A DNA stretch of 64,000 nucleotides from an uncultured Candidatus Rokubacteria bacterium. Its GTDB lineage: Bacteria; Methylomirabilota; Methylomirabilia; Rokubacteriales; CSP1-6. The stretch is taken from contig CAVXJS010000009.1 in NCBI GenBank assembly GCA_963762145.1, positions 64,001 to 128,000 on the forward strand, given 5' to 3'. The notes beneath the pieces are model-generated. The model was not told the DNA's origin. It made no database searches and worked only from the letters and a program-made list of their open reading frames with translations. Position 1 is the first letter of the stretch. The number at the start of each line of letters is the position of its first letter. The translations under genes and the position numbers were made by a program. Of this stretch, positions 29,101 through 41,452 are shown piece after piece.

Positions 29101-29663
29101 TCAGCGGGGCGCCTTTGACATCTCATCGGCCAGGAGAAAGGCCTTGTCGGCCAGCGTGAACGCTCTCTGCACGTCGCGGGTCGAGAGCGCCTCGCGGGCC
29201 TTGACGAGGAAGCTCTGGATGGTCCGGTAGCTCTCTTGCTGCTCGCGAGGCAGGCGAGCCGGGTCGATCCGCTGTACCAGCTTCTCGGTGCCTTCGATCC
29301 GGCGCTCGGCCTGCGTCTTCAGCCGCTGCTCCTCTTCCGCGCTGGCCTGCGGAGCCAGCACCGGCGGCTCGCGGGGAATCGCCGCGCTGCGCGGCGGCGC
29401 CGGTGCGGGCGCCGCGGGCGGCACAGGCGTGGGCGCGGGGGGCGTGGCGAGCGGCGCCGGCGTCGTGGGTCGGGGGGAGCCGGCGGGGGCACCGGCTCCC
29501 GGACCGCGGGGATCGACCTGGCCGCGAGCTCCTCCTCGGCCGGGTTCGAGGCGCGTGGCCGCGCCATGGTCGGTGCGGGCACCAGGAAGTCGCTGGCGCC
29601 CGCGCAGCCACCGAGGGTGGCGGCGACGAGCAGGAGGCCGAGCGGGCCGCGCAATCGCGTCAT
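29101..29663 (-). CDS. Proline-rich lipoprotein with C-terminal helical bundle, frameshifted
   Basis: LGGC lipobox (start overlaps the kinase stop), Pro/Ala linker, helical C-terminus ..QSFLVKAREAL..LADKAFLLADEM. Confidence 0.7.
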
Positions 29664-31471
29664 CGGAGCGGCAGGCGGACGACCATGGCCGTCCCCCGTC
29701 CCAGCTCGGACTTCGCCTCGATCGTGCCGTCGTGAAGCTGCACGATACGGTACACCACCGAGAGACCGATGCCGCTGCCTCCCACCTTGCTGGTGTAGTA
29801 GAGCTTGAAGATCTTGGTCAGGTCCTCCGGCGCGATGCCCACGCCCTGGTCCGTCACCGTCACCCGCACCCAGTCGAGCTCGTCGGGTCGCGTGCGGACC
29901 CGGACCGCGCCACCGCTGGGCATGGCCTGCACCGCGTTCTGCAGGATGTTGATGAACGCCTGGCGCAGCAGCTCCTCGTCGGCGCTCACCACGGGCAGGT
30001 CCGCGTCCAGCTCGAGGACGAAGCGCACCCCGTGGCTCTGGCTCTCCGCCTCCAGCAGCGCGCACACGCTCTGGAGCATCGCGTTGAGATCCACCGGCTT
30101 GAGCGTCAGCTCCTGCGGGCGCATGAACTTGAGGAACCCCTGCACGACCCGGTCCAGCCGCCGGATCTCGCCGCCGATGACCTCCAGGCTCTGCCGGACG
30201 TCGGCCCCGGAATCCTCGAGCCGCTCCTTGAGCAGCTCGACGTGGATCATCATCGCATTGAGGGGGTTCTTGACCTCGTGGGCCACACCCGAGGTGAGCC
30301 GGCCGAGCGCGGCGAGCTTGGCCGAGTAGCTCACGAGCGACTGCACCGTCTTGACCGACTCCAGGTCCTTCAGCAGGATCGCCACGCCCATGACCCGGTG
30401 CGCGTCCTCCATGTGGAAGGCCGAGACCAGGAACTCCTTGTCCCGGCCGTCGTACGGCAGGACCACCGTGGCGTTGCGGATCCCCGCGGAGCCGACCAGC
30501 ACCTGATCCACGAAGGGCAGCAACGGATGGGCGGGATCCAGCACCTCGTGGATGGGCAGGCCGACCGCCCGCTCGAGCGGGATACCCACCACCGTCTCCG
30601 CGGCCCGGTTGAAGAACAGGATGTGCCGCTCCGGGTTCAGGAAGATCACGCCGTCTTCCAGCTGGTCCACCACCCCTTGCAGGTTGGCCTTCTCGCTGAG
30701 CGTCAACAGCCGGTCCGCCTGCAGCTCGCGTCCCAGGCGCGTGAGCTGGGAGGAGAGCTCCTGGAACTCGTCACCGCCCTGGGCCAGCGGCGTGGCCTCG
30801 AGCGGCTCACCGCGCCGGATCCGGTCGACCTGCCCCACGATGGCGCGGATCGGCCGCACCGTGAGCTGCGCCAGCACCATCGCGGCCAGCCAGGCCAGGG
30901 GCAGCGCGACCGCGGCCACCGCCAGGCTCTGCTGGAGCGACCCGGTGACCTCGCGCCGCAGGAGCGTCGTGGAGACGCCCAGACGAATGGACCCGAAGAG
31001 CCGGTCGTTGAGCGTCATCGGCAGCACCGTCTCGTAGGTGCGACCCGCGGTGTAGAGCGCGGAGAAGCGGCTCAGCGTGTCGAGCTTCAGGAGCCCGTCG
31101 AGGTTCGGGCGGTCCGGCTCCGGCTTGCCTTCCTTCTGCCGCTCGGTGTGGAGCAGTACGGTACCGGTGTGGTCGGTCACGAGCGCGTAGACCAGGTGCG
31201 GCGAGTACCCGACGCTGGCGTCGAGGAAGCTGCGCAGCTCCGGATCCTCCCGGAGCGCGACGAGCGGATCCGCGCCGGGCGTGCGCTGCAGCGCGCGGCC
31301 GGTCTGGGCGTAGATCTGCTTGGCGATGAGCTCGGCCTGCTTCACCGCCTCCTGCACCACCACGCGGCTGAGCTGGGAGAGATGGATGGCGGTGGCGGTG
31401 GTGACCACGAGCAGCGTGAGCAGGCTGACGACCAGCGCCTCCCGCCCCCGCACCCCGAGTCGCAGCCGCAT
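29660..31471 (-). CDS. Membrane sensor histidine kinase (periplasmic domain, HAMP, PAS)
   Basis: Two TMs; AHEVKNPL; NILQNA; DQGVGI; GSGIGL. Confidence 0.92.
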   Translation of the reverse strand: MRLRLGVRGREALVVSLLTLLVVTTATAIHLSQLSRVVVQEAVKQAELIAKQIYAQTGRALQRTPGADPLVALREDPELRSFLDASVGYSPHLVYALVTDHTGTVLLHTERQKEGKPEPDRPNLDGLLKLDTLSRFSALYTAGRTYETVLPMTLNDRLFGSIRLGVSTTLLRREVTGSLQQSLAVAAVALPLAWLAAMVLAQLTVRPIRAIVGQVDRIRRGEPLEATPLAQGGDEFQELSSQLTRLGRELQADRLLTLSEKANLQGVVDQLEDGVIFLNPERHILFFNRAAETVVGIPLERAVGLPIHEVLDPAHPLLPFVDQVLVGSAGIRNATVVLPYDGRDKEFLVSAFHMEDAHRVMGVAILLKDLESVKTVQSLVSYSAKLAALGRLTSGVAHEVKNPLNAMMIHVELLKERLEDSGADVRQSLEVIGGEIRRLDRVVQGFLKFMRPQELTLKPVDLNAMLQSVCALLEAESQSHGVRFVLELDADLPVVSADEELLRQAFINILQNAVQAMPSGGAVRVRTRPDELDWVRVTVTDQGVGIAPEDLTKIFKLYYTSKVGGSGIGLSVVYRIVQLHDGTIEAKSELGRGTAMVVRLPLR

Positions 31472-31472
31472 G

Positions 31473-32831
31473 CTAGCTGCCGTAGGTCTTGAGCTTGTTG
31501 TGCAGCGTCTTGAGGCTGATCCCGAGCACATCCGCGGCCCGGGTCTTGTTGTTGCCGTTGGCCGCGAGCGTCTTGAGGATGATGGCCTTCTCGGCCTCCT
31601 CCAGGCTCGTCCCGACCCGGAAGCTCACCGAGTCGGGTCCGTCGCCGCCGTCGGCCACCCGCAGGGTCGGCGACGGCGGAATGTGCTTGGGCAGGATGGT
31701 GTCGGTCTCGCAGACGATGATCGCGCGCTCGAGAGTGTTGCGCAGCTCCCGGACATTGCCGGGCCAGGGCTGGGCCACGAGCCCGCTCAGCACCGCCTCG
31801 TCCAGCGAGCGGATGTGCTTGTCGTAGCGCGTGTTGAACTCCTCGATGAACGCCTGCACGAGGGCCGGGATGTCGTCGCGCCGCTCACGCAGCGGGGGCA
31901 GCACGAGGCTCACGACGTTCAAGCGGTAGTAGAGATCTTCCCGGAACGTCCCCTCCTGGATGGCCTTGACCGGATCCTTGTTGGTCGCGGCGAGCACCCG
32001 GACGTCCACCCGGATCTCGGTCCGGCCTCCGAGCCGCCGCACCGCACCGTCCTGCAGAATGCGGAGGAACTTGGCCTGGGTGCCCGGATTCATCTCCGCG
32101 ATCTCGTCGAGGAAGATGGTGCCTTCGTGCGCGAGCTCGAAGCAACCGGGCCGCCGCTCGAGCGCGCCGGTGAAGGCCCCCTTCTCGTGGCCGAAGATCT
32201 CGCTCTCCAGCAGGGTCTCCGGGATGGCCGCGCAGTTCACGGCCACGAACGGCCCCTTGGACCGCGGGGAGAGATCGTGCAGGGTGCGCGCCACCAGCTC
32301 CTTCCCGGTGCCGCTCTCCCCGCTGATCAGCACCGGAGCCGTCGTGGGGGCCGCCACCTCGATGAGGCGGTACACCTCCTGCATGCCCACGCTGGTGCCC
32401 ACCAGGCGTCCCATCCCCCACACCTGGCTGAGCTTGCGGCGCAGCAGCGCGACCTCGCGGACCGCCTCGCCCCGCTCCGCGGCCTTGGGAATGAGCAGCC
32501 GCAGGCGCGCCACGTCCACCGGCTTGGTCAGGTAGTCGTACGCGCCTTCCCTCATCGCGGTCACCGCGGTGTCGATGGAGCCCTGCCCGGTCAGGAGGAT
32601 CACCGAGGCGAAGGGCACGTCGGTCTTGAGCGCGCGGAGCAGCTCGAGGCCGTCCATCTTGGGCATCACCAGGTCCGAAACCACGACCGAGGGCAGGCCC
32701 GCGGCGGCCTTGGCGAGCGCCTCCTGGCCGTCGCCCGCCTCGTCCACGTCATAGCCCCAGCGGGCGAGGAGCGCGGTGAGGCCCTGGCGGGCCGGCTCTT
32801 CGTCGTCAACGACCAGGATCTTGAGCGCCAT
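31473..32831 (-). CDS. Sigma54-dependent NtrC-family response regulator
   Basis: REC (VVDDE, DLVMP), GESGTGKE, GAFTGA, LDEI, WPGNVREL, Fis-type HTH. Confidence 0.95.
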   Translation of the reverse strand: MALKILVVDDEEPARQGLTALLARWGYDVDEAGDGQEALAKAAAGLPSVVVSDLVMPKMDGLELLRALKTDVPFASVILLTGQGSIDTAVTAMREGAYDYLTKPVDVARLRLLIPKAAERGEAVREVALLRRKLSQVWGMGRLVGTSVGMQEVYRLIEVAAPTTAPVLISGESGTGKELVARTLHDLSPRSKGPFVAVNCAAIPETLLESEIFGHEKGAFTGALERRPGCFELAHEGTIFLDEIAEMNPGTQAKFLRILQDGAVRRLGGRTEIRVDVRVLAATNKDPVKAIQEGTFREDLYYRLNVVSLVLPPLRERRDDIPALVQAFIEEFNTRYDKHIRSLDEAVLSGLVAQPWPGNVRELRNTLERAIIVCETDTILPKHIPPSPTLRVADGGDGPDSVSFRVGTSLEEAEKAIILKTLAANGNNKTRAADVLGISLKTLHNKLKTYGS

Positions 32832-32844
32832 GCTCCGGCTGGCC

Positions 32845-34171
<1,327 letters not shown>

Positions 34172-34179
<8 letters not shown>

Positions 34180-35517
34180 CTCCGTCTCCAAGTCCCGGGA
34201 AGTGCGGCCGCGGGTCCGCGAGCAGCTCGCCACACGTCACCATCCGCTCCACCGCCGCCTCCGCCGCGCAGATCCAGGATCCGCACCGGTCCGGATCGGC
34301 CCCGTCGGTCCCGATGATCAGCGCCCAGGCGCGCGTGCTGCCCCCGCGCGTAGGCCAGCGACTCGGCCAGCGGGCGGCTGATGATGTCGCGCGCCACCGC
34401 GGCTCCCGCGTCCCGCAGCCGCCGCGAGAGCGCGAGCGCCCGGGTCTTGTCCGCCGTGAAGTCGATCACGAAGAAATCGGGCCCGGGCAGCCGCGGCTCC
34501 GCGCCCTGCGACGCCATCGCCAGCAGCGCCCGGCCCGGTCTCGAAGCGCGAAGCCGGTCGCCGGACAGTCGTAGCCGAAGCGGCCCAGCATCTGGTCGTA
34601 GCGCCCGCCCCCCACCAGCGGGGCGCCGAGACCCGACACGTAAGCCTCGAAGTGTACGCCCGAGTAGTAGTCGAAGCCACGTACTTCGCCCAGGTCGAGC
34701 AGGACCGAGTCGGCGAGGCCGTAGGCGCGCAGCAGCCGGTAGACCTCGGCCAGGTTGGCGAGCGCGGCCTCCGAGCGGGGGTTCTTGACCAGGCGCTCGG
34801 CGCGGTCGAGCACGTCGCCGCGCCCGTAGAGCGTGGGCAGGGCCAGCAGCAGCTCGGTCACCGCCGCGGGCGCGGCCAGCTCGCCGACCAGGCGCTCGAG
34901 GGCCGAGAGGTCCTTGCGGCCCAGCGCCGACCGCAGCTCCCGCCCGGTGGCGGGGTCGGCGGCCACGTCCTCCAGGATGCCGCGGAAGAACTCGGTCTGG
35001 CCCACGTCGATCTGGAAGCGCTCGAGGCCGAGGGCGCGAAGGCCTTCGACGGTCATCGCGATCATCTCGGCGTCGCCCTCGGGGTTGGGCAGCCCGATCA
35101 GCTCCACCCCGGCCTGGTAGAACTCGCGGTAGCGGCCCACCTGCGGCTCGTCGTAGCGGAACACGTCGGTGACGTAGGCCAGGCGCAGCGGCTTGGGCTC
35201 GTCGCGCATGCGGGTGGCGACGATGCGCGCGATCTGGGGTGTGACGTCGGCGCGCAGCGCGAGGAGGCGGCCGCTCTCGCGGTCCACCATCTTGAACATG
35301 CGCTCCTGCAGCTCCTGGTCGGTGCCGTGGGAGAGCACGTCGAAGTACTCGTACGCGCTCGTCACCACCTCGCGATAGCCCCAGCGCCGGAAGACCTCGA
35401 AGAGGCGCTCCTCGACCGCGCGCTTGCGGGCCGCCTCGTCGGGCAGGTAGATCTTGGCGCCCTTGGGAGCTGTCTGGGGGCAGTTGAGTCGGCTGGCTCT
35501 TGCGCGAGCACGCTCAT
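34172..35517 (-). CDS. hisZ: ATP phosphoribosyltransferase regulatory subunit, frameshifted
   Basis: [35 protein letters not shown]; adjacent to purA. Confidence 0.88.
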
Positions 35518-35526
35518 CGGCGCGCC

Positions 35527-36147
35527 TCAGGCGATCGCGACGTCGGTCAGGTGGATGAGCGAGTTCATCCGGTGCAGCGTCGTCCAGTCGTCGCGGAACT
35601 CGAGCTCCGAGATCCCCGTGGAGGCGAGCTGGAGCGACCAGAGCCGGTCCAGGCCGAGCCCGAGGGCCTCCAGGATCAGGACCCGGCAGGTGATCCCGTG
35701 GGAGACGAGGCAGACGGTCTGCTCCGGGTGGGCCTGCCGCATCGCCTCGAGGCCCGGCCAGGGCGCGGGCCCGCACCGCGGCCAGCGGCTCCGCCCCGGG
35801 CCACGCGGCCTCGTGCGGGGTGCTCGGCCCAGGCGCGGAGCGGGCCGGGGAAGCGCGCCGCCACCTCGTCCCGCGTGAGTCCCTCCCACTCGCCGAAGCC
35901 CATCTCCTTGAAGGCCTCGGCCTCGCGCACCGCGAGCCTGTGGGGGGCCGCGATGATCGCGGCGGTCTCCCGCGCGCGCCCGAGCGGGCTCGACCAGACC
36001 GCGGCCAGCCGGCGAGCCGGCGAGCAGCCGCGCCGCCGGCTCGGCCTGGCCCCGGCCGGTGGCGGAGAGCGGGCTGTCGCGCCAGCCCTGGAAGCGGCGC
36101 TCCCGGTTCCAGTCGGTCTCCGCGTGACGGAGCAGCAGCACGCGCAT
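35527..36147 (-). CDS. Histidine phosphatase family (CobC/PspA-like), locally frameshifted
   Basis: RHAETDWN, EMGFGEWEG, VSHG. Confidence 0.85.
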   Translation of the reverse strand: MRVLLLRHAETDWNRERRFQGWRDSPLSATGRGQAEPAARLLAGSPAGRGLVEPARARAGDRRDHRGPPQARGARGRGLQGDGLRRVGGTHAGRGGGALPRPAPRLGRAPRTRPRGPGRSRWPRCGPAPWPGLEAMRQAHPEQTVCLVSHGITCRVLILEALGLGLDRLWSLQLASTGISELEFRDDWTTLHRMNSLIHLTDVAIA

Positions 36148-36153
36148 CGGCGC

Positions 36154-37297
36154 TCAGCGCTCGGCCAGGACCTTCTGGGCCGCGCGGACCGCGGCGCCGA
36201 AGTCGACGGGGTGCCCGAGCTCGTGCAGGACCTGCTCGAGCGCGGCGAGCGCGGTGATCACGTCGAAGTCGCCGACGTAGCCCATGTGGCCGAGCCGGAA
36301 CACGCTGGCCCTTCATCTCGCCCTGCCCGCCCGCGATCGTGATGTTGTGCGAGGTCGAGTAGGTGGACAGCACCGCCTCGCTGTCGATCCCGCGCGGCGC
36401 GACCACCGCGGTCAGGGCCGGGCTCGGCCCGGACTTGGCGAAGAGCTCGAGGCCCAGGGCCTCCACGCCGGAGCGGGTGGCGCGCGCCAGCCGCTCGTGG
36501 CGCCGGAACACGTTCGTCAGGCCCTCCGTCTCGATCATCTTCAGCACCTCGCGCAGTCCCACGAAGATGGAGACGGCCGGGGTGAAGCGGCATTCGTTCC
36601 GGGCCACGAACTTCCGCTCGGTCGCGATGTCGAAGTAGTACTTCGGCAGCCGCGAGGCCTTCACGTGGCCCCACGCCTTCTCCGAGAGCGCGCAGAAGGA
36701 CAGGCCGGGCGGGAGCATCAGGCCCTTCTGGGAGCCCGCGACCACCGACGTCCACGCCCCACTCGTCCATGCGCAGGTCGGCGATGCCGAGGCTCGATAC
36801 CGCGTCCACGATCAGGATCGCGCCGGTCGCGCGCGTGACCGCCGCGATGCCTCGGACGTCGTGGAGCACGCCGGTGGACGACTCGCTGTGCTGCATCAGC
36901 ACCGCCTTGGCCTCCGGATGCTGGCGCAGGGCGTCCGCGAAGGCTCGACGCCGGGCACGGTGTGGCCGAAGGGCGCGTCCATCGGGATCACGGTGACGCC
37001 GTAGGTGCGGCAGATCTCCTCCCAGCGCTCGCCGAACTTGCCCGCGCGGAGCACCAGCACCGCGTCGCCCGCGGACAGGGTGTTGCACACCGCGGCCTCC
37101 AGGGCCCCGGTGCCCGACGAGGTGAAGGGGATCACGTCCTGGCTGGTCTGGAAGAGGCGCTTGAGCCCGGCCCGGACCTCGAGGAAGAGCGCCTCGTACT
37201 CCGGCGTCCGGTGGTGGAGGATCGGCGCGGCCATCGCCAGCAGCACGTTCGACGGCACGGGCGTCGGCCCGGGCGCCATCAGGTAGTACTTCTTCAT
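36154..37297 (-). CDS. Class V PLP aminotransferase (alanine-glyoxylate/serine-pyruvate family), frameshifted
   Basis: PGPTP, HHRTP, SGTG, DAVSS, GSQKGLMLPPG, GGQ, RLGHMG. Confidence 0.88.
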
Positions 37298-37389
37298 TAC
37301 AAGCTCCTTGGGGGTCAGGTTGACCCGACCACGGTATCAGAACCCCGCGATACGTTGCAACGAGCGCCCGGCTTGTGAAGCCGTGTACC

Positions 37390-37962
37390 ATGGGCGCCGT
37401 GCCTCAACTGGTGCTTGCGCTGCTTCTGCTCGGCGCGCCGGCCCTCGTCGGCCCCGCGGATGCCGACGAAGGCCTCTGGCGACGGCTCGCGGCGGGCGGC
37501 CAGGTCGTGCTCCTGCGCCACGGCACGACCACCCCCGGGGTCGGTGACCCAACCGGCTTTCGGCTGGACGACTGTGCGACGCAGCGCAACCTGACCGAGA
37601 CCGGCCGCGAGGAGTCGCGACGGATCGGAGCCGCCTTCAAGGCCCGCGCGATCCCGGTCGAGCGGGTGCTCTCGAGCCCGTGGTGCCGCTGCCTCGAGAC
37701 CGCGCGGCTGGCCTTCGGATCGGCCGAGCCGTGGGAGCCCCTGACCTCGCTCTTCGCCGACCGGACGCGCCAGGCGGAGCAGACGCGGGCGTTCCGGACC
37801 CTCGCCGCCGAGAAGCGCGCGGGCGGCAACATGATCCTCGTGACCCACGGCGCCAACGTCACGGCCTTCGTCGGCGTGAGCCCGGCCATGGGCGAGATGG
37901 TGATCGTCACGCCGCAGGGCAACGGGACCTTCACCGTCACGGGCCGCCTCCCGGCCCCGTGA
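37390..37962 (+). CDS. Secreted histidine phosphatase family protein
   Basis: Signal peptide; LRHG, QRNL, SSPWCRC.ETA, VTHG. Confidence 0.8.
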   Translation: MGAVPQLVLALLLLGAPALVGPADADEGLWRRLAAGGQVVLLRHGTTTPGVGDPTGFRLDDCATQRNLTETGREESRRIGAAFKARAIPVERVLSSPWCRCLETARLAFGSAEPWEPLTSLFADRTRQAEQTRAFRTLAAEKRAGGNMILVTHGANVTAFVGVSPAMGEMVIVTPQGNGTFTVTGRLPAP

Positions 37963-37978
37963 AAGACAGGAGCACGCG

Positions 37979-38326
37979 ATGATTCGACCCGTGCTGATCA
38001 CGGCAACGCTTCTCGCCCTGACCACTCCCGCCCTGGCCCATCACGGCTGGAGCGGCTACGACAGCACCAAGGAGATGACCCTCACCGGCACCATCCGCGA
38101 GGCCGGCTACGAGCACCCGCACGGATACATCCGGCTCGAGGCGGGCGGCAAGGTCTGGGTCGTGGTGCTGGCTCCGCCGACGCGGATGGAGAACCGCGGC
38201 CTGCCGCGGGCCGAGCTCCGGGCGGGCGCGGCCGCCACCGTGGTCGGCTACCCCCATCGCACGGATCCCGACGAGCTGCGCGCCGAGCGCATCACGGTCG
38301 GCGGGAAGACGACGGAACTCCGCTAG
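37979..38326 (+). CDS. DUF6152-family periplasmic protein
   Basis: ALA|HHGWSGYD, HPH, ELRAERI. Confidence 0.75.
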   Translation: MIRPVLITATLLALTTPALAHHGWSGYDSTKEMTLTGTIREAGYEHPHGYIRLEAGGKVWVVVLAPPTRMENRGLPRAELRAGAAATVVGYPHRTDPDELRAERITVGGKTTELR

Positions 38327-38329
38327 GCC

Positions 38330-38824
38330 GTGCATCCGCCCGAGGGTGCCGCCTGGCTCGTCTGGCTGGAGACGTCCGCGCTCGCGGTGGCGATGCGCCA
38401 GTGGCAGTGGCTCTACCCCATCGTCGAGATCCTGCACATCCTGGGCTTCGTGCTCGTGGTGGGCGGCGCCTTCTTCTTCGACCTGCGTCTGCTCGGACGC
38501 GCCCGCTCACTGCCGGTGAGCGGCCTGGCCGCGCATCTGCTGACGTGGTCTCGCCGGGGCTTCGCGGTGGTGGTGCCGACCGGCTTCATGATGTTCACGG
38601 CCCACGCCACCGAGTTCGCGGTGAACCCCGCCTTCCGGCTCAAGCTGATCCTGATCGCGCTGGCGCTGCTCAACGCCGCCGCGTTCCATCGGTGGCCCTT
38701 CCGGTCCGTCGCCGGCTGGGACGTCGGGCGCGGCACGCCCGTCTGGGCCAGGACGGCGGCGACGGTGTCGCTCGCCTGCTGGATCGGCGCGATCGCCTGC
38801 GGACGCCTGCTGGCGTACTTCTAG
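38330..38824 (+). CDS. DUF6644/DUF2214-like 4-TM protein
   Basis: EILHILG, DLRLLG, TG.MMF, F.LKL, GRLLAY. Confidence 0.75.
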   Translation: MHPPEGAAWLVWLETSALAVAMRQWQWLYPIVEILHILGFVLVVGGAFFFDLRLLGRARSLPVSGLAAHLLTWSRRGFAVVVPTGFMMFTAHATEFAVNPAFRLKLILIALALLNAAAFHRWPFRSVAGWDVGRGTPVWARTAATVSLACWIGAIACGRLLAYF

Positions 38825-40368
38825 CGCGCCGGCGCCTTGACGGAGCGGCCCAGGGCGGTGACGAAGATCGCGTCCTTGCCCGCGGCGTGAGGCGAGAAGA
38901 ACTCCACCACCGCGCGATCGTAGAAGGTGAGGCCGCTCGCCCCGAAGCGCTGGCCGTAGGCGCCCAGGTAGAGCCGCCCGCCGATCAGCCCCGCCTCCAG
39001 GTTCACGAGCCGGTAGCCGCGATTGCCCCACCGCTCGAGGACGGGCGCGAGGTCGGCGAGGAAGAAGACGGTCGCGCTCGACGTTCCGCCGAGCGCCTGC
39101 TCGAGACAGAGGAACGCGGACGCGTCGCGCACGTCGCCGTCCCGCAGGGGGACGAGCGCGTGCCCCGCGCGGTCATACGCATAGGCTCCCGGCTCGATCC
39201 CGGTCACCGCGTGCACGTTGACGTAGAGGTCCACCAGCCCCGACGGCACGTCGGCGGGGAACCCGCGCGTGGCGTGATAGAGCGCGCTCGACAGGGCCTC
39301 GGCGGTGATCGCCTCTCCCGAGAACGCCCGCGTCGATCCCCGCTTCGCGATCGTCTCGCCCAGTGAGCGGCCCGCCACGCTCAGGGGTACCGGCAGCGCG
39401 ACACGCGGCGCGGCGGGCGAAATGTCGGAATGCAAGACCTGACCCCCGTCTTGCTCGCGCCAGTCGGGCGACCTCGGCTTCGGAGTCGAGACTCGAGTTG
39501 TCGTAGGCGTCGCGCAGGACTGGGTAGTCGACCTCGCGGGCGGAGAGCGGGATGATCTCGGGCGCGAGCGTGGTGATGACCGGGGGCGCGGCGCCGACCC
39601 CGACCGGCGGCGCCCAGCGGGACCAGTCACGAGGGCGCCCTCCTTCTCGGCATCGAGGCCGAGCAGGCCGTTGAGCTGTGCGTCCACGAAGCCGGTGACA
39701 GCCGCGCCGGCACGTCGAGCGCGCGCGCCACCGCGAGGAGCTGGCCCAGCAGCGTGCCGGAGTCCCAGAAGAGGTGGCGGTAGCCCCGCGCCTCGGTACT
39801 TCCAGGTATTGCGCCAGTAGATCGCGGAGAGGATCAGCGAGGCCGGCTGCGCGGCGACCGCCTCGTCGGCGGTGGCCAGCGCCGACCGCGCCCCGGAAGT
39901 CGCCCCGCGCGCAGCCGCCGGAGGCGAAGTCGCCCGGACTGAAGTGGTAGACGCCCGGCGCGAGCCCCTCGACGCGCGCCGGCCACCACGTACACCTCGG
40001 TCTGGTAGAGCGCGCCGGTGGAGGCCGCCGCGCGGAAGTGGATCTGCGCGCCGCCCGGGTAGGTCTTGACCCGCGTGACGCCCGCGGAGAAGAAGAGCAG
40101 CGCGGCCAGGCGCTCGAGGTCGAGCGCGGCCGGTGGCGCGGACGGATCGCCGGGCGCGAGCGACGCGAACGTGTCGACGGCCAGCGCGGCGAGATCGGTC
40201 GAGCAGCCGGATCTGCTCGAGCGCGGGATAGACCTTGAAGGGCGAGCGGCTTGGTCTCCCAGTCGAGCGCGTGGCCGCTCTGTCGCACCGACTCGGGGGA
40301 GTGCGCGGTCGCGGTCGTGGTACCGGCGGGCGCTGCTGGTGTCGCGGTTGGCGGAGATGGCCCCTCAT
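38821..40368 (-). CDS. SagB/ThcOx-family dehydrogenase with two nitroreductase-like domains, frameshifted
   Basis: [51 protein letters not shown]. Confidence 0.8.
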   Translation of the reverse strand: MRGHLRQPRHQQRPPVPRPRPRTPPSRCDRAATRSTGRPSRSPFKVYPALEQIRLLDRSRRAGRRHVRVARARRSVRATGRARPRAPGRAALLLRGRHAGQDLPGRRADPLPRGGLHRRALPDRGVRGGRRASRGSRRASTTSVRATSPPAAARGATSGARSALATADEAVAAQPASLILSAIYWRNTWKYRGAGLPPPLLGLRHAAGPAPRGGARARRAGAAVTGFVDAQLNGLLGLDAEKEGALVTGPAGRRRSGSAPRPRSSPRSRPRSSRSPPARSTTQSCATPTTTRVSTPKPRSPDWREQDGGQVLHSDISPAAPRVALPVPLSVAGRSLGETIAKRGSTRAFSGEAITAEALSSALYHATRGFPADVPSGLVDLYVNVHAVTGIEPGAYAYDRAGHALVPLRDGDVRDASAFLCLEQALGGTSSATVFFLADLAPVLERWGNRGYRLVNLEAGLIGGRLYLGAYGQRFGASGLTFYDRAVVEFFSPHAAGKDAIFVTALGRSVKAPAR

Positions 40369-40430
40369 CCTCCTGTCGCTCGCCTCGCCTCGGCTCAGCT
40401 CGCCCGCGGCCTCTCCCCGGAGGGGAAGGG

Positions 40431-41452
40431 CTAGCTGAAGTGGTAGGGCGGCCGGAACACGCCGCGCTCGGTGATGATCGCGCTGATCAGCGCGGCGGGC
40501 GTGACGTCGAAGGCGGGGTTGAACACCGGCGAGGCCGCGGGAGCGGTCTCGGCGCCCGGCCACGCCGCGCACCTCGGCCGCGTCGCGCTCCTCGATCACG
40601 ATCGTGTCGCCGCTCGGGATCGACGGGTCGATGGTCGAGGACGGCGCGGCCACGTAGAACGGGATGCCGTGGTGGCGGGCGAGCACCGCCACGACGTACG
40701 TGCCGATCTTGTTGGCGGTGTCGCCGTTGGCGGCGATGCGGTCCGCGCCGGTCACGACCAGGTCCACCTCGCCCCGCTTCATCACGAAGCCGGCGGCCAC
40801 GTCGGAGATCAGCCGGTGCGGGATGCCCTCCTTGACCAGCTCCCACGCGGTGAGCCGCGAGCCCTGCATGACCGGGCGCGTCTCGTCCACCCAGACCATC
40901 GCGAGCTTGCCCCGCTCGTGCGCGGCGCGGATCACCCCGAGCGCGGTGCCGTAGCCCGCGGTGGCGAGCGCGCCCGCGTTGCAGTGGGTGAGGAGACGCG
41001 CGCCGTCGGGCACCAGGGCGGCCCCGTGCGCGCCCATCGCGCGGTTCGCGGCCAGGTCCTCGGACAGGATCGCCTGCGCTTCTTCCAGGAGCCGTCGCGC
41101 GTAGGCCCGCCAGGGGCATGTCCGCGCCGCCGCGACCACCAGCCGCCGCATGCGGTCGAGCGCCCAGAACAGGTTGACCGCGGTGGGCCGCGTGGCGGCG
41201 AGCCCCTTGATGGCCTCCTCCAGATCGGCGAGCAGCGCGGCGTGGCTCGTGGCGCCGCTCGCCCGCGCGGCCAGGACCACCCCGAACGCGGCGGCGACTC
41301 CGATGGCGGGCGCCCCGCGGACGACGAGCGTGCGGATGGCCTCGGCCACGTCCGGCCAGGCGGTGTAGGTGCGCTCCACCTCCTCGGTGGGCAGCCTGCG
41401 TCTGGTCGAGCAGCACCAGCCCACCGTCTTCCCAGCGAACCGGCGTGATCAC
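40431..41452 (-). CDS. mtnA: S-methyl-5-thioribose-1-phosphate isomerase, frameshifted
   Basis: [55 protein letters not shown]. Confidence 0.92.

Noticed and set aside
38821-40368. SagB-like dehydrogenase as a sign of a RiPP (TOMM) cluster
   Set aside because: No YcaO, precursor peptide or transporter nearby; it lies in a housekeeping run.
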